Shown piece after piece: positions 11,582 through 23,974 of a stretch of DNA of 64,000 nucleotides; within the stretch, counting starts at the first letter, position 1; each line of letters starts with the position of its first letter. This stretch comes from Octopus vulgaris (Eukaryota): assembly GCA_951406725.2 (NCBI GenBank), contig OX597827.1, positions 82,646,001 through 82,710,000 on the forward strand, read 5' to 3'. The notes under the pieces were generated by a model. That model ran no database searches. It saw only the letters and a program-made list of their open reading frames with translations, and was not told the origin of the DNA. Both the position numbers and the translations under genes were made by a program.

Positions 11582-11915
11582 TATATATATTCATATATAT
11601 ATAGATATACATGTACATATGTATGTATGTATACATATAAACAATATTGAAATATAATCATTCACTTCTTGTTTATAAATGGTTATAAAGTGGCTGCCTA
11701 TCAATGCATACATACATATACATATATATATTCATACATATATACATATATATATAGGTATATATGTATATTTATATTTATGTTATATATATATATATAC
11801 ATATATATAATGACATATGTATACATATGTGGGTATATATGTGTATGCATATATTTGTAGCTTATGTATATATATATATACACACACACATACACACACA
11901 CACACACATGCACAC
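11210..11915. repeat. Compound (TA)/(CA)/(CATA) low-complexity block
   Basis: Directly visible. Confidence 0.95.
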
Positions 11916-13209
11916 AAAATACATGTTGGATAACCTACATTTATATCCTGCTACCAATATTCGTTGTTCCTTACCTGGATGGCAGCCAGGGGTTTCCATT
12001 GTGTATCCATCAAGAATCTAAGTGGGTAGATCTGTTTGTGCAATCATATTTTGTGTAGAATCAATGAAACCAAAAGCTACGTTGTCAGCCCATTAAACAC
12101 TTCTAAATATTATTATTGGGTTTGTCTCTCTTCAACAAATCACCAAAACTTAAACACTCTTATTTTTGTTTTGTGGGTTCTTTTTTATTTATTTGTCTTT
12201 GTTTTTTTTTCCTCCTGAATTCTTCATTTGCTCTTTTCTGCTGCTGCTGCTGCTGCTACTGCTTCTCCTGATATTGTACATTTACTTGCATTTCTTCATC
12301 ATTTTAACGACTCTTTATACCAATTCTTAATCTCCCATTTCAATCTGACTTTCATTTATTTCTACAAATGTTTTTCTCCACCGACCCTCCACCCCCGCCT
12401 CACCCCCTTCTTATTATAGAATTAATCTAGAAAATTGTTTTTACCTTCTCAAATGATTTAATGTCAGCTAAATTTGTCAATATTAAACATTTTTAATCAT
12501 TAACTCATCAATGTCTGACGCAAAAAATAAGAATCAAAAATTATTTGAAATAAAATTTTAAAAAAAACACAAAGCTAAAGAGGAGGTACACAGCTCTGAG
12601 ACTTAACAATGTTTTATCACAAATTATTTGGGTTCGTGGACATATTGTTTGAAATATGATCGAATTATTTTGATCAAAATGGAAACATGAACAAATCTTA
12701 AGAAAAGACAGCCTCTCTTTCATTCAAACATGTCAGCTGTGTTAAAACTTTCATCAAGAACTACCTCCATTTACTAAAGAGTGCACAACTTTCCCAACAG
12801 AAAAAGAAAAACAGTTTTTTTAATGACTATTAAAACACCAATTTAAACAGTAATTCTTTTTTTTTTTTCCCCATGCATTTTGTCCCATCTCCTGTAATAT
12901 AAGACAGAAATTTTAAATTGAAACAAAATTTTACTTGTTATACTATTTATATATAATAAAATCTGTCAAAAATTTTCTGATTACTTGCGAATAATGTTTC
13001 TGATTAATATTTTAATTTATTTTCTTTTTCGAAATTTACTGTCTGCTAGAGTTAATGAGGTATTGTACACAAACTAGAGCACTTGAGAACAATGCTTGGT
13101 TCCTCGTTAGTTAGATAAGCAGACATGGATGAGGTTAATTAAAAAGTTACAATTACAAGTCATTAATGGAACTACAAAAATATATGAAACATTTGAGAGG
13201 TTTTGCTTG

Positions 13210-13335
<126 letters not shown>

Positions 13336-13524
13336 AATGTTTTTTTTTCATGCTATAATAATAACAATTTTACATTAAACTGAAGGAATACTCAATACAT
13401 TTGGTGGAGTAGAGGTTTACAATTCTTTAACAAGCATCCCTGAATCAAAATCAGTGTGTGACCTGAGTATTGGCATGAGTGGTGATGCCTCTTTCCAGGT
13501 TTACATTCCTAAGTTGGCACTAAA

Positions 13525-13790
13525 ATGCAGAGAGCTGGCTGGGATCCTTGGAACTTTCAGAATGAGAGAACAGAAAACCATGATGGTCCTCTAGGATACA
13601 AGACCAGATACTACAGCAGCTTGAATTTCAAGGGCCCACAGCTCTTCAATATCCTCCTACAGAGCTTAAGAGACCTACATCAAACTCCTTCATTCACCAA
13701 ATCTCACAGATCAAAGGAGGTTTTGTGAAAGTGTAGCAATGTAAACGGTGATGCCCCAGAATGGCCATGGCTCACAAGCTGAAACTAATG
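13525..13790 (+). mobile_element. CR1/L2-like LINE 3' fragment
   Basis: SSLNFKGPQLFNILLQSLRDLH resembles the ORF2 C-terminal F-x3-GP-x-L(F/W)N-x-LP motif; ends in GGTGATGCCCCAGAATGGCC..GCTGAAACTA. Confidence 0.6.
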
Positions 13791-13865
13791 CATAATGACA
13801 TAAACATATGGAGATGCACACATGCATACAAAAACTTACGTACACATACATGTACACACACACGC

Positions 13866-13911
<46 letters not shown>

Positions 13912-14087
13912 GAGATGTTGCTTGAATTCTAATAGAAGAGTTTTGTTTCTGCTTTGCAGACCAGTTCTTTATCTCTTCGTGAGAAATTCAAAAATAAACC
14001 AGAAAAACATCAAAAATGAGGAGATTTTATATCAGAAAGAAACAGGCCTCCTGTCTCTCTGATCTTTTTTATCTGTTTTAATGTTTG

Positions 14088-14136
<49 letters not shown>

Positions 14137-14169
14137 GTTATTGTTGTTGTTGTTGTTGTTGTTGTTGTT

Positions 14170-14361
14170 ATTGCCTTTGCACAGCTTCTAACGCTGGAGA
14201 TGTGCTACAGTGTCAGCTGTTCACTAGCAGTGAACTAAGGTAACACCCCTTATTTTGCAAGCACCATCCGCAGTATCCGAGCGGGTCCAAACAGTGCTGT
14301 TTTCTGCAAGTGCTCCACACTTATTGCAGCCCCTATTTGTTCCATGTACTTCTCAAGATTT

Positions 14362-14362
<1 letters not shown>
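14170..14362 (-). mobile_element. R4/Dong-clade (RLE) LINE 3' end with (CAA/TAA)n tail
   Basis: KNLEKYMEQIGAAISVEHLQKTALFGPARILRMVL* is the typical Q-K-x-A-L-x-G-T-A-R-I-L-R terminus; sits between trinucleotide tracts. Confidence 0.75.
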
Positions 14363-14409
<47 letters not shown>

Positions 14410-14419
14410 TCAATAATAA

Positions 14420-15265
14420 CAACTCCATGTGCAGTCTTCTTGCACCTACAGAGTATCTCAACAGGTATGATAGAGCAGCACAGTACATTCACTGGTTAAT
14501 TTGCAAAGACTTGGACCTGCCCCATGATAAAAACTGGCGGAAACACAAACCACCACCAGTGCTTCAAAATGACCACATCTCACTCTTTGGAACTTCCCCG
14601 TTCAAGCTGACAGAAAGATAGATACGAATAGGCCAGGAATTACATTGAAGGACTTCAGACAAAAATCATGCCTCCTCATTGATATGATTGTCCCAATCGA
14701 TATAACCATATCTGTCAAGACCTACCAAAAACTGAGCAAGTATAAAGATCTTGAAATAGAAATTGGCAAAATGTGGAACCTCAAGGCTTAAACAATACCT
14801 GTTGTCATAGGTACTCTAGGAATGATAGCAAAAGGGGCTGATTGCTACCTAGCTCAGATACCAGGAAACCCCAAAATGGCATAAATTCAAAAGATAGGGA
14901 TCATGGGAACTGCCCATATCCTACATAAAATATTGTTTATGCAATCCCCAAAATATTTCAATCCATAAAGAGTGTCAAAATACTTTTAAATGTAGAAAAC
15001 TGTAAACACTTTTTCCTGTCATCTTCACATCAGACAATCATCTTAGAATCAAATTACTTTTAAAACAAACTTCTAAGTTACTTATGTTTTGACAGACACT
15101 TTCTAGAACAATACTCTGTGCAAAACCAAATATATGGCACTCTGGGCATAACACCAACATAACTTCTAACTTGTTGTCTCTTGAGGTCTCTGGGTGAAAC
15201 TTGGAGTCAACTTGTACAAATACAAAACGAAAGCAATATGTATGATAATAATAATAATAATAATA
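14420..15265 (+). mobile_element. R4/Dong-clade LINE 3' fragment (RLE endonuclease) with 3' UTR and (TAA)n tail
   Basis: CSLLAPTEYLNRYDRAAQYIHW..NRPGITL..CLLIDMIVP..KLSKYKDLEIEI..IPVVIGTLG..IQKI..GTAHILHKIL; frameshift and stops; (TAA)n on both sides. Confidence 0.85.
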
Positions 15266-15267
15266 AG

Positions 15268-15830
15268 AGAACTCAGAGAATGCAAACCTCCTCCAAGGCA
15301 ACACCAACGTCCTCTCAACAATTAACCAGAAACGATTTTTAAACTAAGAATATCTGAAATAAACGCAACTGCTCTCACAAATACTAAAAATGAACCCAAC
15401 TGCTCTCAAAAATTAAGTGAAAAAAACCAGAACCTTATCAATCCCAATGGTAGTCATGGAATGTGAAGGTGGGTGTAGAAAATTTAGTCACAGTAATAAA
15501 TAGTCTATCCTTATCTAATAAAAGCCAAAGTGAACAAATTCACCATTCAAAATGGTTGCAGCCTAAAGGGAGATAACTGAGAAAAACTTGGAAGTTAACG
15601 TAAGATTGTAATCTTGCAGAGTAAAGTAAATATAACAGAAAATAATCCAGAATCCTTGTCCGGGCCTGGATCGATCCCAAAATCTAAGTAGTTTGTGCCA
15701 GTCATGAGGCCAAACACTCCTGAAAGTTTCATCCGAATCCAACCAGTGGTTCTTGAGATATATTGTCCATGGACAAACAAATAAACAAACATGAATGAAA
15801 AGAATAGTTCTGCCTTCGCTAAGGTGGAAG
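15268..15830 (-). mobile_element. HINE/DINE-1-like element, second copy, interrupted
   Basis: Reverse complement of 7682-8055, with unrelated sequence inserted at about 15440-15640. Confidence 0.6.
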
Positions 15831-16107
15831 TAAAAATGGCGATCAGACCCATGGAGGTGGCACTGATTGTGGTTGGTGGACAGGGAGCAGTTAGGAAAGG
15901 GTTGGGTGCATGGCTTGAGAAGCTAGGAATTACCATCAGGATAGGATTGTTGTAGAAAACAGCCATGTTAGGAACAGCGAGGATTCTAAGGAAGGTGTTA
16001 GAAATTTGAAGGAAAAAGAGTGACCAAAAGACCTTCGGCCAGTGGCTATGACTGGATCTTTTGGTATAGTTTCAGTGTATCATCTGCCAAAGCAAAAGTG
16101 TAAAAGA

Positions 16108-16163
<56 letters not shown>
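15831..16163 (+). mobile_element. Third R4/Dong-like LINE 3' end with (TAA)n tail
   Basis: LIVVGGQGAVRKGLGAWLEKLGI..KTAMLGTARILRKVLEI*, followed by a short UTR and (TAA)n at 16113-16163. Confidence 0.75.
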
Positions 16164-16164
<1 letters not shown>

Positions 16165-17444
16165 TTCAACTAGCAATTATTATTAATTGAGAAAGAATTG
16201 AGAAAGAAAACAAACTATGCTGGATCATAGACATAGCAAACCCAGCTGACAACAAGGTATGCGATAAGAAAGAAAGAAAAGTCAAGAGATATGACAGGAG
16301 GAAAATAAATTGAAATTGAACCTGAACATAAGAGCAAAAGACTTACGACAGGTCATGGTCAGTCATGGTCACTCATGGTTATTAATCATGGTCAATCATG
16401 CGAAAAGTCGACTGACCAAATATTACAGAATTTCTTCATACGTTAAACTAACGTCAACGACTTTCATATAATTAATGTAATTAAGAAAAGGAAAAAAGAC
16501 ACTACAGGAAGGTCCTACATCCTTGCAAAAACACACACACACAAACAAACACACATACACACATGCAAACAATACACACACACACACACACGCACAAAGC
16601 TTATAAAATCTATCCCATAACTGGTTTTCCCCATTGAAAAACAAGAAATCGTGACAGTGACCGAAGCACTTAAATGCAATGAAACTCTTTGAAGCTTCAT
16701 TGATTTAGAAATAAAAAGAAAATTGGTGAGCGGCAGAATTTAGTTCTTTGTGGAATGGTTAAAAAGGATTCTACAACAATGCAATTGTTGAAGATGAGAA
16801 AGTCTTTTGACCAGAGTCGCAGTAATGGAAACTTTGAACTTAATATTGGATAATGTGTACAGATATCACACAATAAAAATACCCGCTAAGTAAAATCATG
16901 GAAAAAACACTCACATGGCCCCACTAAGACCCCTTTGCTTTATTGACAGGGAAATCTAGGCAACACTGATATGTTGGCTTGAAGTCTACCATTCTGGAAA
17001 ACATCCATGGCATTCTAAATGGCTAACTAGAAACCAAAGTTGTAAGACACAGCCACAGTATCTACTCTGCAGATGTTAATGCCATATTTAATAACAAAAA
17101 CAACCGGATTATAGACTTAAGACACATTTTGAAACAAACTTAATCCTTACATTTACAATCTAACTTATCTCCAGTGTAAATTCAGACCCTAACACAACAC
17201 AATTTGTAGATATTAATTCAAGAATAAAGAACAACACTCGGCATCTCTGCACAAATACTTATGTAAGGATGGTGAGTGTGAGTGTCCACAGAGAGAGAGA
17301 AAATCCTTCCCGGATGAACTTTTAATTTTTCATCCATTGAAGGAGATTTAAATAAGAAAATCCCAAATTGTAAAATAAAGATTAGTCAAATTAATAATAG
17401 GTACTTTTATGGATTAGTAGAGTAAGTTAAGGCTTTAGGCTTTA

Positions 17445-18015
17445 TATCAGATGGCTGAGAAGTTTAAGAACTTAACCACTGATCAGATAGCTGGGAAATT
17501 AAGGCAATGACCACTAACTATCAGGCTGGGGAATTAAGGTACTGGACTATTGGGTAAAGCTGGGTGGTCAGACACACCAGATAGCTGGACAATCAAGGTA
17601 AAAAAAAAACTACTGACAATATGGCCAGAAAATTAGATGCCTGGGGTGTTAAGGTAGTGGATGATTCACAAGACAGCTGGAAAATTAAGGGACTGGATCT
17701 TTGCCTAAGATGACTGGTTGATAATGTTACTGGCCTTCTGACCAGAAGGCTGGAAAATTAAGGTAAATAAGATGGCAGTGTGCTTTATTTACTGGACGAG
17801 ATCCGTGGGAAATTAACTTAATTCCTCACCAAATGACTGGGAAAATAAGGTACTGAGTCATTGGCTGGGAAATTAAGGTAGGGACAACTGGCTGGGTAAT
17901 TCAGGTATTGCTTCACTGACCAGATAGCTGTGAATCCAAGATACTGGGCTACAAATCAGATGATTGGGAAATTAAGGTCCTGGACCACAGAGCTGATGGT
18001 TTGCAAATTAAGGTA
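17445..18015 (+). repeat. Degenerate ~36-bp minisatellite, left part
   Basis: Approximate unit GATAGCTGGGAAATTAAGGTACTGGACCACTGACCA, roughly 15 diverged copies. Confidence 0.85.
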
Positions 18016-19620
18016 CACTGGCCAAAATAAGTTTAAGACCAATGAGGACAGTTCTGTTCCTTCATTAATATATTTTTAACAAAACTGTATAAAATTATTT
18101 TATTTTTTACAGTTTATGTAGAATTTTTTTCTCTTTCGAATGATATAAGCGTTATATATCTTTCTACAATTTGAATAATTTTAATGCACAATTAATTCAA
18201 ATGATTAGAAACTGTTGGCAAAATAAGTTTAAGACCAAGATTATGCAAATTAATAAACCAACTGGGTGGTCATATGGCTGATCGTACTAGACTGTTTTGT
18301 TTAATAATCAATCATTGTTATAGATTAATGGGAAAGTGTTGTAGTATCAACCCAGTCACTAGATTAAAGATCATATTGCTTCTTCAGCAAAAGGTGTCCT
18401 TTATGAACATTAGCAAGCAATTAGGATGCAGCAAAACGGCCTGTGTTCAAGCATGGAAGCTTTATGAAGCCACTGGCCAAAAGAAAGATCGGCAAAGAAT
18501 GGGTGCTCTGAGAAAAACAGATGGATCGATGAATTCATAGGCTCTCTGAAGGTAAGCAAATGCTAACAGCAGTGGACATTTGCAAGCAATTATCTGATGA
18601 CACTGGCATCAGCTTTACACCTCAAACTGTCAGAAACCACCTAAAAGAATTTGGACAGTTCAGCTGGATAGCTCAAAAGAAGCCAATAACTTCTTAGACA
18701 AACTGGCGGAAGCGGATCAAGTTTTCCAAAAGCCATATTAAATGGACAACCAAAGACTGTTCAAAAGTTCTTTGGAATGATGAATTCTGCTTCTGCATCT
18801 TTGGATCAGATGGAAAGACTTATGTTAGATGTTGTCCATCCTAAGTGTGTCAAGAATATGACACAAGCAGGAGGTGGGGTGGGGGGATAAGGATGTGGGC
18901 CATGTTCAGCAGTTTAGGTGTTGGTCCAATTGTTAAGGCTGATGGCAGACTGAACAGTGTTGCCTGTCTACAATTAGTAAATGAAAATGTGCTGCCATAT
19001 TTAAATAATCAGCTGCCACTGGGACCTATTTTCCAGCAGGACAATTGCCCCCTTCATAAGGCTAGGAAAGTTTTGCAATATTTTGAGTGCAATAACAAGG
19101 TGGTTGTTGAGCGACCTCTGTTGAGCCTGGATTTGAATCCAATAGGAAATTTAAGGAATTATGTTTCTAAAAGAGTTCATGCTAAAAAAAAAAACAACAA
19201 ATTTGTCCCAATTATATAATTTTATTGAAGAAATATGGCAGAACATTCCAAGTGACTTTTCTGCTCATTTGTCGAACTCCGTGTCCCACCATTGTAAGGC
19301 CGCAATTGAAAATAATGGAATTAGATACTAATAATAAATTTTGGTTCATTGATCATTTGCGCTGTAAATTTTCAATTTAAACAAAATAATGTTGGTACAG
19401 TCTTAAACTTATTTTGCTGGCAATTTCTAATCATTCGAATTAATTGCGCATTAGAATTATTCAAATTGTAGAAAGATACATAACACCTATATCATTTGAA
19501 AGAGAGAAAAAATTCTACATAAACTGTAAAAAGTAAAATAATTTTATACAGTTTTGTTAAAAGTAAATTAATGAAGGAATAGAACTGTCATCATTGGTCT
19601 TAAACTTATTTTGGCCAATG
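18016..19620 (+). mobile_element. Full-length Tc1-family DNA transposon, IR/DR type, inactive
   Basis: TA target duplication (18014-15 and 19621-22); ~225-bp TIRs starting CACTGGCCAAAATAAGTTTAAGACC and ending GGTCTTAAACTTATTTTGGCCAATG, each with an inner direct repeat. Confidence 0.95.
18328..19330 (+). pseudogene. Tc1 DD34E transposase pseudogene
   Basis: N-terminal HTH (ISKQLGCSKT), VLWNDE..FGSDG, GGGIRMWAMFS, IFQQDN, then 34 residues to SLDLNPIG (catalytic E replaced by G); multiple stops and frameshifts. Confidence 0.9.
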
Positions 19621-19757
19621 TATTTGACTACTCAGAAGATGGATGGAAATTTAATGTACTGAACTACAGACCAAATGACCATAAAATTAAGACACTAGAC
19701 TATTGTCCAGGTGACTGGAGAAATACAGTACTGGACTACTAAGCAGATAGCTGGGAG
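19621..19757 (+). repeat. ~36-bp minisatellite, right part (continues past the Tc1)
   Basis: GGAAATTTAATGTACTGAACTACAGACC..GTACTGGACTACTAAGCAGATAGCTGGGA. Confidence 0.75.
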
Positions 19758-19899
19758 TTTTTGTATAGTTTTGATTAAATGAGGGATGACTTTAGGCCAA
19801 ACAACAACAGTAACAGCACAACGGTTTAGTAATGTGGAGCTATGATCGATTAACAAAGCTGAAAGATTTGTTGATAAGTGCCTCCTAGTCTAATTTATT

Positions 19900-20400
19900 C
19901 CTAATCAGGCACAGAAATAGGATATTTGCTTCGATGTGTGCAAATGTGGTACATGTGCAACATAAACTTTATCAGGGAACATATCTTCTCTTGATGAAGT
20001 GCGAATGTTGAGGAATTCATAAATGTTTTTGAAATATGGCACCAAGTATGACAGATGTATTGTGTAGAAATTAGAATTTTCCAGGTACTTGGCAGTAGCA
20101 AATTCCGCAATAAAAATTCATAAAATTGCCCACAATGCTTTATCAAATCAGACCTTTTGATCAATATTAAAAAGAACATGAAAATAATGTTACATTTCCC
20201 TGAGAGATAAAGAATGCATCTTCTAGAATTGATCATCTAGGACATTGCATGACTTATAGGGGAGTAATCAATTTTGTAATTATTACATAATAATCCTTTA
20301 TGTTCCAGATGTACTTCTAGAGTGAAGTAGTAAGGCATCATTCTTAATGTCTGAATCCATATGCATGGTATGTGACTAATTTTTAAAGGATTTCTTAAGG
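19900..20400 (-). mobile_element. Possible decayed Helitron Rep/helicase fragment
   Basis: Minus-strand LEVHLE, followed later by EFLLRNLLL and frameshifted VPG, resembles Helitron L-x-VHL...FYLRLLL-x2-V-x-G. Confidence 0.35.
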
Positions 20401-20627
20401 TAACCTAATACAGCCTTTTTACTTCCCTGTAATCTGCAATGGAGACCTTAGTTTGGTAAATTAATGTTTTAGTAAGACATACAACGTGAGAAGACAGACA
20501 TTAGAGTTGTTAAAATTAAAGAGGGGAAAAGAATTTTACGTGACCATACTGAATATGTTTCTTCTGTTCATACAGGTTATCAGAGCAGCAAATATTTTGT
20601 TCTGTTTAACTGTAGCTTTATCATTGA

Positions 20628-20835
20628 TCATCATCATCATCATCATCATCATTTAGCGTCCGTTTTCTATGCTAGCATGGGTTGGACGGTTCAACTGGGG
20701 TCTGTGAAGCTGGAAGGCTTCATCAGGCCAGTCAGATCTGGCAGTGTTTCTACGGCTGGATGCCCTTCCTAACGCCAACCACTCCGTGAGTGTAGTGGGT
20801 GCTTTTTACGTGTCACCCGCACAGGTGCCAGACAG
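20628..20835 (-). mobile_element. RTE 3'-UTR-derived repeat (family C) with (GAT)n tail
   Basis: GGATGCCCTTCCTAACGCCAACCACTCC core and (CAT)n on the + strand. Confidence 0.85.
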
Positions 20836-20861
20836 AGCACCTGTGATATATATATATTTTA

Positions 20862-21059
20862 TTCATTTCAGTCATTTGACTGCAGCCATGCTGGAGCACC
20901 ACCGTAAAGGGTTTTTTAAGTTAAAGAAATCGATCTCTTTGTAAGCCTAGTGCTTATTCTATTGGTATCTTTTACTGAACCACTAAGTTACAGGGATGTG
21001 GACTTACCAGCATCGGTTATCAAGCAATGGTGGGGGAACAAACATAGACACAAAGACAT

Positions 21060-21115
<56 letters not shown>

Positions 21116-21256
21116 CAGGCTCCTTTCAGTTTCTTTCTGCTAAATCCACTCATAAGGCTTTGGTTGGCCCAAGCCATATTAGAAAACACTTGTTCAAGGT
21201 GCCATGCAGTGAGACTGAACCCAGAATCATGTGGTTGGGAAGCAAGCTTCTTACCA
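20862..21256 (-). mobile_element. SINE family A
   Basis: Homologous to 4155-4580. Confidence 0.85.
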
Positions 21257-22099
21257 GTATATTTGTACCAATAAAAACATGCTAACAATAAAACATGATG
21301 TTATTGAAAATCTTGTGGTGTCCAATGGCTATGGAGGAGATGGTGGAATATTACTGATAAGATTAAGGACAATCTTGGCAATATTAAAATAAACTTGTAA
21401 ACTTTAGAAAGAATTGTACCATCATAATCATCATCATAATCATCATTGTCCATCATTGTCATCATTTGACATCCATGGTTTGGATGGTTTGGTAGGATCA
21501 GACAGATCTGAGGACTGCATTATGCATCCATGTTTAATCTGCATGCCTGAAACACAAATCTACACTGTGTGTCTGTATATATGCATATAAGTGTATATAT
21601 ATATGTATGAGTATGAATATATATATATATCATCATCATCATCGTCGTCATCATCATCATTTAAACGTCTGCTTTCCTGCTGGCAAGGGTTGGAAGGTTT
21701 GACTGGGGTCTGGCAAGCCAGAAGGCCATAAAGATTATTGTTCCATTATGATAGGATCAACAAAGAAGTATTCCATCCTGTGAGAGATAAATATCACTTA
21801 AAGTAGATTGCTTTAAAACAAGAGGGACTAATGGTCTCTTGCCATTGAGACACATGGCTTGGCAGATTTTGATAATGTGATTTGTGTATCCAAGCAACCA
21901 TCAGGCTCTGGACACAGGGTTTGTTCTATTTGAAAAAGAGAATGCAGAGAAATGACAAACGAGGGGGAAAAATGAGAAGGTTGATTACAAAATGTGGAAT
22001 GAGAAAACAAAGGGTGGATAAAAATGGAAAAAGAAAAGAATTAGAGTCACATCCCATTTGATTCTAGAAATTATAACTAAGCTGGTTGATGTAGAACAA

Positions 22100-23620
22100 T
22101 TTGGCAGAGAGGAGTCCAAAGTCTGTGAGACAGCAGTTGCGGTCAATGAAAGAAATTTGTCTATATCTTGGCATTTGCTGAAAATTTCAGATCTGGATTT
22201 AGTAATGTGATGAAAATCTTGGATCTAAAAAGTATGTGCGGTCTTGCAGCTATGCATAAGTTGCATCTCTTAGATGCATTTATATATGATAGATTTCTCC
22301 ACAGTTCTCCACTTGATCGTATGTGGTGGTGTGCAGTTGGTCTTCAGACTCCATACATGGTTTTACTTTTATTAATGTGCCAGAAGAAAAGACTGGTGAT
22401 TTGCATAACATCTTTTCAAATTGCCTTCACATTAGGTGATGTCATTTTTCTTTTCAATTGCATTATCTTGAAGCTTTGCCACACAGATTACAGAATTTAT
22501 CAAACACACCTGGTCAAGTGGACAAGTTTCGGGGTCTTGAGGGTCACAACTGTGTGTGGGCTCTTGGTGGGGTTTGCCAGTGACAATGTTCTTCATATTG
22601 GGGCAGCATCTGTATGGTAATTTTATTGAACATCTGTTAAAAACTTTTCTGGATTTATGGTTTATTGGGAAATGTTTATCTAAAAGTGCTAGGAATTTCT
22701 TGCCTACGTTAAATTTAACATTTAGGGAGAAAGACAGGTAGGACCAACTTATTTTCCAAGATCTATTTTTAGGTCTATTTTTAGATTTCATGTTTTTAAT
22801 TGAAGGGCTGTAATACATCTTGTCTTTGAAGCAAATGCTAGCTAGGACATTGTTATAATAGAGGGCTCCCTTATCGAATACTCCCTTCAAAGAGGAGAGA
22901 TTAAATTTTGTTTTACTGATGTTAGCTAACAGGTTTTAAACATTATTTGGTGGTGGAGTGAGAGGACTATTTGTGTGTATAAGAGAGTTTCGCATTTGAT
23001 TTATGGCAGACTTCATAAAAGCATGAGTATAAGTCTCAGGAAACATATAAAACATCAACTTTGGACAGATTAGTGTTAGCAGTGATTTTGAGACTTAATT
23101 GACTAAATATGAGGTTTTCAATGAATTCATCGAGTGTGTGAATATCATAGCCATGAGATATGCCCAGACCATCGTCCTGATGATAGCCAATATAATGGGA
23201 TGGGAACTTGGATTTCAGTGTATTTAATATAAAAGACTCACAAAATCACAGATGTCTACACACCGTCAAACAATCTCGTCAATGTGTCAAACAATTCATT
23301 CATACTGGATTTTTTTAAGCTATGCTGAGCTTTACTTAATAGAAAGTTTTTCCTCACATGCACAATAAAGTCCAGGTCTTTGAGGTCAATATTAACATGA
23401 TTTTACGAACTCAATTGCCTTATTGAGCAATGATCTTTATATTGAAAGATAAAAATCTTCAATATCAAACTGTGTAAATCAAGCTCTGGTGCCCATGCTT
23501 TAAATCCTTAAACCAATCTGCTACAGTGCAGCCATTAGTCCATTGCTCTAGCTTTGAAGGATTTCTAATTCCTTAGTAATTCTTGGCTACTAAACCAATT
23601 TCAGTAATTGCTAGGTTGAA
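22100..23620 (-). mobile_element. Decayed Penelope-like element (RT plus GIY-YIG linker; Neptune/Naiad-like)
   Basis: QFDIEDFYLSI (~23440-23472), GYHQDDGLG (~23160-23190, cf. GLYRDDGL), NVGKKFLALLDKHFP..KVFNR..CPNMKNIV..CPLDQVCL. Confidence 0.85.
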
Positions 23621-23624
23621 AAGT

Positions 23625-23935
23625 CTTGTTGCTTTTGTTGTTGCCGCTGATGTTGTTGTTGTTAGTTCAACCATTGTTGTCAATGATGACCAAAGACATC
23701 ATTTGGGTGAAGAAGACAGGGCCCAATATGTCCAGATGTGACCAGCCAGTCTGATGTATTCTCTGAAAGCTTTGCTGCAAGAGAGACACTGGTGATCCAT
23801 AGGGACCAAAAGCAAGGAGCTGGCTCTGGACTTGCGCAGTTTGATTTTTCTTTGTGCTCCTGCAAACTCATTCTGTTCATAAGAGGTGGCACCTCTGCTG
23901 GTGCAGCTTCGCTAGCCAAGCAGAGTGGTCTTGCA
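23625..23935 (-). mobile_element. RTE (BovB-like) LINE 3' end with C-terminal zinc finger and (CAA)n-like tail
   Basis: RGATSYEQN..QRKIKLRKSRA..HQCLSCSKAFREYIRLAGHIW; terminal GGTCATCATTGACAACAATGG then AACAACAAC. Confidence 0.7.
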
Positions 23936-23974
23936 CTTGTGTCTCCCAGGGGTCAGTGTTGATCTCAAGACATC

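Noticed and set aside
17445-18015. CRISPR array (36-bp periodicity)
   Set aside because: Units are head-to-tail and degenerate with no unique spacers
18328-19330. Active transposase CDS
   Set aside because: Multiple stops and frameshifts and loss of the catalytic Glu
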